This document shows positions 1-9,835 of a stretch of 64,000 bases of DNA, piece after piece (position 1 is the first letter of the stretch; each line of letters opens with the position of its first letter). The translations under genes and the position numbers were made by a program. The stretch is from assembly GCF_046119375.1 (NCBI RefSeq), contig NW_027362762.1, positions 516,646,001-516,710,000 on the forward strand, given 5' to 3'. The notes below the pieces were generated by a model. That model saw only the letters and a list, made by a program, of their open reading frames with translations, was not told where the DNA came from and ran no database searches. This DNA is from Phyllobates terribilis (lineage: Eukaryota).

Positions 1-1
1 T

Positions 2-138
2 GCCAGCAACGAAGGGCTGGGCGCTGTCCTAAGTCAGAAGCAGAATGGCCAAGAAAAGGTGATCGCATACGCAAGCAGGAAGCTCCGCCCGACCGAGAGG
101 AACCCAGAGAACTACAGCAGCTTTAAGTTGGAGTTCTT
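2..138 (+). pseudogene. Gypsy/Ty3 pol fragment (RNase H), truncated at junction with CR1
   Basis: Translates ASNEGLGAVLSQKQNGQEKVIAYASRKLRPTERNPENYSSFKLEF, the DASxxGLGAVLSQ...AYASR...ERNY...LE motif of Gypsy RT-associated RNase H. Confidence 0.9.
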
Positions 139-171
139 TTTCTGGCCTTTTGCTTCCCTTCCCACATTGTT

Positions 172-1138
172 CTAGTTTAAAGCTTTTCTGATGAGTGTAG
201 CAAGGCGACTTCCAAATACATGTTTTCCAGTCTTCGTAAGGTGCACCCCATCTCTAGCAAGTAGTCCATCGTATAGGTAATTCATTCCGTGATCCAGAAA
301 TCCAAATCCTTGTTGACGGCACCATCGACGTAGCCAGTTGTTCACCTGTAGAATCTTATTCCACCTCATTGTTCCATGGCCATCCACTGGGAGGATGGAT
401 GAGAAGACCACCTGCGCTCCCAATTCTTTCACTTTCTTGCCTAAGTCTTCAAAGTCACTGCAGATGGTTTCCAGGTCCTTTCTTGCGGTGTCATTTGTCC
501 CCACATGTATTAGCAGGAATGGGTAGTGATCTGTAGGTCTGAAGAGTCTTGATATCCTGTCAGACACATCTTTAATTTTTGCTCCTGGAAGACAGCACAT
601 TTCTCTTGAGGTTATGTCTGGTCTGCAGATAGCGGCCTCTGTTCCTCTTAACAGGGAATCCCCCATGACCACCACTCTCCGTTTTTTCTTCACAACATTC
701 TTCTTTCTCCATCCAGGAGGATTCTGAGGGCTTACAAGGTTATTCATTGCTGGCAAAGTCTTATTTTGCTGTATTTCTTCATGGTTCTCCTGCGTGAGAG
801 CCTGGTACTGGTTCCTGAGCAGTATGGGTGCTGACTGCCTCTCGATCCTCCTGCTTCTGTGGGTCACATGCTTCCATTCCTCTGTTTCATCAGGTGCAGT
901 TCGAATTTCTTCTCTTTCTGAATCATGAAGAGATAATTCTGCTCTGTCTAAGAACTCTTCACCTTCCTTAATGATTAATGATCAAGGTAGTTAACCTCTC
1001 TTCTAGATTTCGCAACTTTTCCTCCAACAGGGACACAAGCTTGCATTTCTGGCATGTGAAGTTTGGCTTTTCCACTGGCAAGTCTGTGAACATGTAGCAG
1101 GATATGCAGCTCACCAAATGGCTCCTGGACTCTTCCAT
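172..1138 (-). pseudogene. CR1-type LINE ORF1 (Cys-rich N-terminus + coiled coil + SGNH esterase-like domain), frameshifted
   Basis: ATG at 1138, then CISC...CQKC and a coiled coil. C-terminal ORF has GDSLLRG, HVGTND and DGVHL (SGNH blocks). A 7-bp tandem duplication TAATGAT (969-975/976-982) splits the ORF; removing it gives one continuous frame. Confidence 0.9.
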
Positions 1139-1217
1139 GTTCTTATTGTTAATGTTCTGAAAACAGTGAAAAAAGCTAAAAAAAAAAGCTTTAAAATGCA
1201 CGCGCCGGTAGGCGCGC

Positions 1218-3687
1218 GGTTTACCAATGTCCTCATTTCAGCTCCAACAGCCAAAATCCAGTGTTCTTTGAGCTCGCGGAGACTCTTCACTTACCCCAAA
1301 ATGCAGTGGGAATATGCAAATTATCTCCTCAGGACTCCTCCCCTGGTTTGCCGATGTCCTCTTTTCAGCTCCAACAGCCAAAATCCAGTGTTCTTTGAGC
1401 TCGCGGAGACTCTTCACTTACCCCAAAATGCAGTGGGAATATGCAAATTATCTCCTCAGGACTCCTCCCATGGTTTGCCGATGTCCTCTTTTCAGCTCCA
1501 ACAGCTAAAATCCAGTGTTCTTTGAGCTCCCGGAGACTCTTCACTTACCCCAAAATGCAGTGGGAATATGCAAATTATCTCCTCAGGACTCCTCCCCTGG
1601 TTTGCCGATGTCCTCTTTTCAGCTCCAGCAGCCAAAATCCAGTGTTCTTTGAGCTCGCGGAGACTCTTCACTTACCCCAAAATGCAGTGGGAATATGCAA
1701 ATTATCTCCTCAGGACTCCTCCCATGGTTTGCCGATGTCCTCTTTTCAGCTCCAACAGCCAAAATCCAGTGTTCTTTGAGCTCCCGGAGACTCTTCACTT
1801 ACCCCAAAATGCAGTGGGAATATGCAAATTATCTCCTCAGGACTCCTCCCCTGGTTTGCCGATGTCCTCTTTTCAGCTCCAGCAGCCAAAATCCAGTGTT
1901 CTTTGAGCTCGCGGAGACTCTTCACTTACCCCAAAATGCAGTGGGAATATGCAAATTATCTCCTCAGAACTCCTCCCCTGGTTTGCCGATGTCCTCTTTT
2001 CAGCTCCAGCAGCCAAAATCCAGTGTTCTTTGAGCTCGCGGAGACTCTTCACTTACCCCAAAATGCAGTGGGAATATGCAAATTATCTCCTCAGGACTCC
2101 TCCCCTGGTTTGCCGATGTCCTCTTTTCAGCTCCAGCAGCCAAAATCCAGTGTTCTTTGAGCTCGCGGAGACTCTTCACTTACCCCAAAATGCAGTGGGA
2201 ATATGCAAATTATCTCCTCAGGACTCCTCCCCTGGTTTGCCGATGTCCTCTTTTCAGCTCCAGCAGCCAAAATCCAGTGTTCTTTGAGCTCGCGGAGACT
2301 CTTCACTTACCCCAAAATGCAGTGGGAATATGCAAATTATCTCCTCAGGACTCCTCCCCTGGTTTGCCAATGTCCTCTTTTCAGCTCCAGCAGCCAAAAT
2401 CCAGTGTTCTTTGAGCTCGCGGAGACTCTTCACTTACCCCAAAATGCAGTGGGAATATGCAAATTATCTCCTCAGGACTCCTCCCCTGGTTTGCCGATGT
2501 CCTCTTTTCAGCTCCAGCAGCCAAAATTCAGTGTTCTTTGAGCTCGCGGAGACTCTTCACTTACCCCAAAATGCAGTGGGAATATGCAAATTATCTCCTC
2601 AGGACTCCTCCCCTGGTTTGCCGATGTCCTCTTTTCAGCTCCAGCAGCCAAAATCCAGTGTTCTTTGAGCTCGCGGAGACTCTTCACTTACCCCAAAATG
2701 CAGTGGGAATATGCAAATTATCTCCTCAGGACTCCTCCCCTGGTTTGCCGATGTCCTCTTTTCAGCTCCAGCAGCCAAAATCCAGTGTTCTTTGAGCTCG
2801 CGGAGACTCTTCACTTACCCCAAAATGCAGTGGGAATATGCAAATTATCTCCTCAGGACTCCTCCCCTGGTTTGCCGATGTCCTCTTTTCAGCTCCAGCA
2901 GCCAAAATCCAGTGTTCTTTGAGCTCGCGGAGACTCTTCACTTACCCCAAAATGCAGTGGGAATATGCAAATTATCTCCTCAGGACTCCTCCCCTGGTTT
3001 GCCGATGTCCTCTTTTCAGCTCCAGCAGCCAAAATCCAGTGTTCTTTGAGCTCGCGGAAACTCTTCACTTACCCCAAAATGCAGTGGGAATATGCAAATT
3101 ATCTCCTCAGGACTCCTCCCCTGGTTTGCCGATGTCCTCTTTTCAGCTCCAGCAGCCAAAATCCAGTGTTCTTTGAGCTCGCGGAGACTCTTCACTTACC
3201 CCAAAATGCAGTGGGAATATGCAAATTATCTCCTCAGGACTCCTCCCCTGGTTTGCCGATGTCCTCTTTTCAGCTCCAGCAGCCAAAATCCAGTGTTCTT
3301 TGAGCTCGCGGAGACTCTTCACTTACCCCAAAATGCAGTGGGAATATGCAAATTATCTCCTCAGGACTCCTCCCCTGGTTTGCCGATGTCCTCTTTTCAG
3401 CTCCAACAGCCAAAATCCAGTGTTCTTTGAGCTCGCGGAGACTCTTCACTTACCCCAAAATGCAGTGGGAATATGCAAATTATCTCCTCAGGACTCCTCC
3501 CCTGGTTTGCCGATGTCCTCTTTTCAGCTCCAACAGCCAAAATCCAGTGTTCTTTGAGCTCGCGGAGACTCTTCACTTACCCCAAAATGCAGTGGGAATA
3601 TGCAAATTATCTCCTCAGGACTCCTCACTTACCCCAAAATGCAGTGGGAATATGCAAATTATCTCCTCAGGACTCCTCCCCTGGTTT
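1218..3687 (-). repeat. Tandem array of 127-bp monomers (about 19.5 copies) directly upstream of CR1 ORF1; probable LINE 5' UTR/promoter
   Basis: ATGCAAAT recurs every 127 bp from 1314 to 3600, plus a 52-bp truncated unit (3652). Copies are near-identical. The array abuts the ORF1 leader and ends abruptly at Gypsy integrase sequence. Confidence 0.95.
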
Positions 3688-4613
3688 ACATCATCATCGA
3701 CCTGCTGAAGACCATACCACTTGAGGAGAGAAATCAGTGGCCAGACCTACTACCTGACCTAGTGGATCTGTACAACCACATACCCGTGAGTTCCATCAAT
3801 TGTACTCCGGCATACCTTATGCATGCATGACCTGGGAAGTTGCCCTTGGATCTGGAGCTTGGTGTAGTAGAACCAGAAGTGGATGTGACCACTGAGGACT
3901 GGGACACAACCAGACAAGAGCAGTACAGAAGGGTACAAGCCTGTGTCGAGGACAGTCTCACTCGGGTGAGGGATAAGCAGGAGGCCCACTGCAACAAAAG
4001 TGCTCCCGCAGGGCCTTTCACACCTGGTGAAATAGTATTTTAAAGGAAAAGAAGGAACCACAAACTTGATGACCAGTGGGAGAAAGAACCCTACACTGTG
4101 CTGAAGTCAAGATTTGATAATAAGAAGACCTGCATAATTAGTAGAGATGGAGGAAGAACGTCCGCGACAGTATCCAGGGACCATCTAAAGTTGTGTCCAA
4201 ATCTACTGAAGCCCCAGGAAGGAGTGCCTCTCACAGTACCGGAGGAGCCTAAAGAAGCAGTGATACACACTGATTTAGGAGATTTCCCGGCAGATTGGCC
4301 CCAACTAGGAGGAGCAGTAATCATCCCTGTACTCACCTTCTACCCAGAGCAAGAAGACCCTATAAGTGCTGCAGAAGAGCCTGCTCAAGAAGAGTCCCCA
4401 GAAGAAGGATCCCCGGTTGGAGCAGAGCAAGCAGGCCCAGCCAATGGTATGCTTGCTAGTCCAGTAGAGAGGTCAATGCAGTCTTGTAGCCCCTCCACAC
4501 CTAGTCTTAACACATTGGGAGGTAGTGCACCTATTAGTGCTTCACGCATCCCAGGCCCACGCAGATCAACACGTAGCACGAGAGGTCAACCCCCTGTCAG
4601 ATACACTGAGTAA
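3688..4613 (+). pseudogene. Gypsy pol integrase C-terminal region with in-frame stops
   Basis: IIIDLLKTIPLEERNQWPDLLPDLVDLYNH...TPAYLM*..LPLDL, then a GPF-type motif (GPFTPGEIV) and terminal RRSTRSTRGQPPVRY. Stops at 3828-3830 and 4041-4043. Confidence 0.85.
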
Positions 4614-5010
4614 AATAGGTAAAACTCTGATAGTGTAAATAGTTACCCCTGGGGTATTGTATATTATTGTACTGTATTTGTCATGCATATGTATATTATT
4701 TTGTGCTTTGCTTTATTACTGAACAGTTCAAGTGATCTGGACACTTTGCCTAAGGACTTCCTTATTTATCTAAGAACTCCGTGGCTGAGGACTGTGTGCA
4801 GCCCAAAAACTATTTATTGCATATAATTGCGCTTCCTGGAGTGCCCCCTTTAGGTGACCCAGAAGGAAAACCTGTCTGGCGTGGCTCTAACGGAGGTCCA
4901 ACGCAGGATCTCCATGCCCTGCAGCCACCCCAGGGCCTACGTTGAGGGTTTGCCATTGTTATTTTAAAATGTACTTCAGCCCGGGAGTGCTGAGCTTTGC
5001 TAGGGGGGAA

Positions 5011-6138
5011 TGTGGCGCTCAGCTGCGCTGGGAGCCACAGATCCTAGGGGGTGTATTAAAGGATTCCTCCACAAGAGGCCCCCATAAGCATTCACACACC
5101 CCCACCTTCCACCTCAGACCACCAGAGGGAGCCCGTTAGGGATATAAATAGGGAAGGTGGAGCTAGGCAGTTAGTTAGTCTGGAATCGACAGTGAGTCAA
5201 GCCTGTTGAGAGAGTTCCCGCAGAAGATGAGCCTGAGAGAGGTCAGCCTGCAGAGGAGCCCAGTCCAGACTCAGGAACTCAAGTACGTGAGCCCAAGGCG
5301 TGCCGACGCCTGTAAGAGCGGTGAAGAGCGGCAAGCTGCCGTTAGTGTGAGTAGCCTAGTGAGGGCCCGAGCGCGGCCGAAGGCGAGTGGAAAGTGAGTA
5401 GCAGTGGGGGCAGAGGAGCTTACCCAGCTCACCGCGAAACATATACCGGACACCGGGTCCGAGCTTACCGGGATCTCTACGACCCAGTAAGGCATAACCG
5501 GAATCCCTGGAGAATTACAGGTCCCAGGATCACCAGAGAGCTGATACGTAGCAGAGCCAGGAGACACATAGGCCCCGTAAGCTGGGAGCGTGCACTCCAA
5601 GAGAAGGCCCTACCACAACGTCAGCCGGTGCAGGACAGAGACAGAGTTAGGCCTAGCTTTAGGCAGGTCAGAAACTTACTACGCAGAGGCAAGAAGCAGG
5701 AGGCCCTATACCCGCTCATTGGGGAGGATCCTGATATGCACCCTTCACCCTACAGTGCTCCGGGATGTGCCTGAATTACCACCAGTAAAAGGTACCGAAG
5801 TGACTATCGTGTCCGTCCCTGTTCTTGCTCTGACCAGGCTGGGTCTCGCCTGTCCTGCATCCCCCTCTCCATACACTGCCCTGAGGCCTAGCTCCACCTG
5901 TGGGGAGCTATACCATCAAGCTGCCTTATCACCGGCCTCAGCGGACTGCCGCAGCGCTGGTGATTCTCACCAGAAACCACAGGTGGCGTCACGAACTTCC
6001 ATAAAATTAGCAAACCAAACCACCCTTTTTAAAAGAGAGGCCCAGAGTACGGGCCCGGGAGCCGACCACCACGACATCCCCAAGGTCAGGCAAATGGCCC
6101 GGGTACCGAGTCGTCCCCATCCCCCTGGGCTAGTCACA
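5011..6138 (+). mobile_element. 3' LTR of the Gypsy element (TGTGG...GTCACA), preceded by a polypurine tract
   Basis: PPT AGGGGGGAA (5002-5010) is immediately followed by TGTGG. Terminal GTCACA at 6133-6138. Homologous to the LTR at 62839. The right boundary could alternatively be CCACA at 5981. Confidence 0.75.
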
Positions 6139-6590
6139 TGGTACCCCCCATCCCCCAACACTGGTATGTATGGTACCCAATCCCTTATCCTGGTATGCAT
6201 GGCTTTCTCATCCCCAATCCTGGTATGTATGGCCCCCTCATCCCTATCCTGGTATGCATGGTACTCCTCATCCCCCAAACCTGGTATGCATGGTACCCCT
6301 ATCCCCCAATCCTGGTATGCATGGTAACCTTCATCTCCCAATCCTGGTATGCGTGGTACCCCTCATCCCCCAATCCTGGTATGCATGGTCCCCTCACTCC
6401 CAATCCTGGTATGCATGGTCCCCTCATCCCCCAATCCTGGTATGCATGGCACCCCTCACCCCCCAATCCTGGTATGCATGGTACCCCTTACCACTCAATC
6501 CTGGTATGTATGATACCCCTCATCCCCCAATCCTGGTATGTGTGGCCGCCTCACCCCCCAATCCTGGTATGCATGGTACCCCTCATCCCT
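6139..6590. repeat. Minisatellite, about 31-32 bp unit (TGGTACCCCTCATCCCCCAATCCTGGTATGCA), roughly 14 copies
   Basis: Direct reading of repeated CAATCCTGGTATGCATGGTACCCC units. Confidence 0.9.
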
Positions 6591-7234
6591 TTCACGCTGC
6601 ACACATACAAAAAAAAAACACTTATACTCACCTTTCTTCCCTGTGCTCCAGCGCTGCTGTGTCCTGTTCTGCCGGAGGCCGGGGAAGGAGTGTGGCGCCG
6701 AAACACGCATGAGCCCATACCGTGCCGTCTGGCACCATTTTGCTGAAGACACACTGCAAATGTGTCTTCAGTAAAATGGCACCGCACAGCGCTATGCGCA
6801 TACGATGCGCCGATTTTGACGCCTTCACTCCGCCCCTGGTCTCCGGCCAGAAGAGAGGCACCGCGGCAACGCTCCTCACCGTCAGGTAAGTATGTAAGTA
6901 TGGCGCCGAAGATCGCGGTATGCGTTCAGTGTCTACGCATACCGCGATCTCCGGCGCCATACACTCCTCTTACCTGTAACGGCTCCATGCGTTCTTCTGT
7001 CTGAAGCCAGACTGCGCAGGCGTGTCGCGCTTGCGCAGTCTATAGAGGCTTCAGACAGAGGGACGCTTGTAGCGTTATATTATAGATACACAGAGGTGTA
7101 ATGTGGAATTGTTAATAAACTCCTAAACATGAAATTACAACACCAAGAAGGAAAAGTTATGAAAATATAGAAATCACGGGATTAATAGACATGTTGATGA
7201 TAAGCAAATGATGAATGAAATAGAGCACGTTAAA

Positions 7235-8390
7235 TAATAATGAAAGGCCACATAGGCTGCAACACCATTAAGCAAGAGGCACCACTAACCAAACAACACC
7301 ATGATGACCAAGGAGATCTCCAAACAAGTCTAGAACAAAGTTGTTGAGAAGTACAAGTCAGAGTTGGGTTACAAAAAAATATCCAATTCTCTGATGATCC
7401 CCTGGAGCACAATCAAATCCATTATCATCAAATGGAAAGAACATGGTACCACAACAAACCTGCCAAGAGAGGGCTGCCCACCAAAACGCTCAGCCCGGGC
7501 ATGGAGGGTATTAATCAGAGAGGCAGCACAGAGACCAAAAGATAACCCTGAAGGAGCTGAAGAGTTCCCAAGCAAAGGCTGGAGTATCTGTCCATACGAC
7601 CACAATAAGCCGTACATTCCACAGAGGTGTAAGACTCGTTTTGAGTTTGCCAAAAAACATGTGGGAGACTCCCCAAATGTATGGAGGAATGTGCTGTGAT
7701 CAGATGAGACCAAAATTTAACTTTTTGGCCACCAAGGTAAAGACTATGTATGGCGCCAAACCAACACAGCTCATCACCCCAAGAACACCATCCTCACACT
7801 GAAACTTGATGGTGGCAGCATTTTGCTATGGGGATAATTTTCTTCAACAGGGACAGGGAAAATGGTCCAAGTCAACTGGAAGATGAATGGTGCGAAATAC
7901 AGGGATATTCTTAAGCAAAACCTGTTCCAGTCTGTCAGTGATTTGAGACTGGGACGAGGTTCAGCTTCAAACAAAACAGTGACCCAGAGTATACTGCTAA
8001 AGCAACACTCGAGTGGTTAGAGGGGAAACGTGTAAATGTTTTGGCGTGGCCTAGTCAAAGCCCAGACCTTTATCCAATTGAGAATCTGTGGTCAGACTTG
8101 AAGACTGCTGTTCACTAGAGGAAACCCTCTAACTTGAAGGAGTTGGAGCAGTTTTGCCTTGAGGAATGGGCAAAAATCTCAATGGCAAGATGTGGAAAGC
8201 TCATAGAGACTTATCCAAAGTGACTTGCAGTTGTAATTGCCACAAAAGGAGTCTCTACAAAGTACTGACTTTAGGGGGGTGAATAGTTATGCACACTGAA
8301 GATTTTAGTTATAAAAACAGTGAAATTTCAGGTTATGAGGTAGCAAAACATGAAAAATGCCAAAGGGGTAAATACTTTCGCAAGCCACTG
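7235..8390 (+). mobile_element. Decayed Tc1 element, left end missing
   Basis: Broken transposase (MGYKKIS...KEHGTTTNLPREG, WPSQSPDL). Right TIR ...TTTCGCAAGCCACTG followed by TA. Same family as 21142-22790. Confidence 0.85.
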
Positions 8391-8642
8391 TACATACTAT
8401 TTTATACATGTTTGTTATTCCTTTTTGATGTGCGCCCTCTCCTCACTTGTTTGTATGCTCACTGCACACCAAGTCTTTTTGATTAATAAAGTTATACCTT
8501 TTTATGACTTGATACATTGACTTATTTATCGGAGAGGGGGGAGGTTTTGTTCTTTTGGTTTTGTGTTTTATTACCAATTAGTACGGTATAATCATATATA
8601 CTCTAGCATGGTACTTTTTACTTCAATACCATTTTTAGTATA

Positions 8643-9030
8643 AGGCGTCGTTCACACTTTCAGTTTTTGGTTAGTATTCTTCCTCAGTATTTGTCAGCCA
8701 AAACCAGGAGAGGAACAATCAGAGAAAAGGTATAATAGAAACAAGTCCACCAATTCTGACTTTGTTACCCACTCCTGGTTTTAGCTTACAAATACTGATG
8801 TGAAATACTGACCAAATACTGATTAGGCTACGGCCCCACTATCAGTATTTGGTCAGTATTTTTCTTCAGTATTTGTAAGCTAAAACCAGGAATGGATGAT
8901 AAATGCAGAATTGGTGACTTGTTTCTATTATACCTTTTCTCTGTTTGTTCCTCCATTGGTTTTGGCTCCCACTCCTGAGAAAAAATACTGACCAAATACT
9001 GACCAAATACTGATAGTGGGACCATAGCCT
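8643..9030. mobile_element. Nested palindromic MITEs, Harbinger/PIF-like (GGC... termini, TAA/TTA flanks)
   Basis: Repeated CAGTATTTGGTCAG / CTGACCAAATACTG inverted motifs; GGCTACGGCCCCACTATCAG...CTGATAGTGGGACCATAGCC flanked by TTA. Related copies near 10920-11250 and 56543-56670. Confidence 0.6.
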
Positions 9031-9796
9031 TATGAGTATATATTAATCACCCGTGATTCCCTTGACCTTTTTTCTTTAGACAACTGGCGTACCACTGGTT
9101 CCACAATTATGGTAATCCATTCTGTACTGCATTTGAAATTGAACATTACATACCAAGCCTAAGGAATCAAAGTCTACACGAACTATCAGAGCCAGATGTC
9201 CAACTACAGGTGTGCCATTGACCTCATGTCACCACTCTCATGAGCCACCAGAAGAAACATAACCTGCAAGTCATTGGATTTACCTGTATAATATATCTGA
9301 GCTGGTATCTATCATTATATACTCACTGTTTAGGTGTAATATTGGACTCAGCTCAGTGTTTGTTGTTTATGTATTGAAACATTGGAATACTAGGTTTCGT
9401 TCAGAATGGAAGCATTATTTAGTTGCTTCTCTATATGATGGTAACATGGTTATGGTATGGCAGTATTATTTGTCTGTTATATAGTTGTATTTCTGGTAAT
9501 ATTGAGATTTATATATCTTTGGCGGCATCGAGACATCCAAGCAACAAGCTGGCGGGGAGGGGCAAGGTCTAGAAGTTGCCCTGGAGCCCATACAACTAGT
9601 TACTCTTCTGCTAGCAACTGAACTGAAGTGAGAACACCAGAGCAACAAAGTCATAGATGAGAGGCCCATAATATTTTAGTTATAGCCTCTTATAATACAT
9701 ATTATTCTTAATATTAGAAGTCTATAAGGACGCAGTATGTACAATGATCTCTATATGTGTAGTGTGGTTGATGAGATGTGTTCAGCAAAGAGTTTA

Positions 9797-9802
<6 letters not shown>

Positions 9803-9833
<31 letters not shown>
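9803..9833. repeat. (TA)n microsatellite
   Basis: Uninterrupted TA run. Confidence 0.95.

Positions 9834-9835
<2 letters not shown>

Noticed and set aside
1218-3687. Hammerhead ribozyme / retrozyme in the monomer (CTGAGGA and GAAA on the minus strand, as in newt satellite 2)
   Set aside because: GTC abuts CTGAGGA with no stem I, and stem II does not pair (only a terminal G.U). The topology cannot be built.
1218-3687. CRISPR-like array
   Set aside because: Head-to-tail identical units with no unique spacers, no cas genes, eukaryotic context.
1118-3830. Series of near-identical 112-aa plus-strand ORFs
   Set aside because: Artefact of a 127-bp unit (not a multiple of 3) with one plus-strand stop per unit. 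Frames rotate and the product has no recognisable domain. The low stop count is noted but unexplained.
5967-6787. ORFs with repeated SWYAW / PGMHG peptides
   Set aside because: Translations of the 31-32 bp minisatellite.
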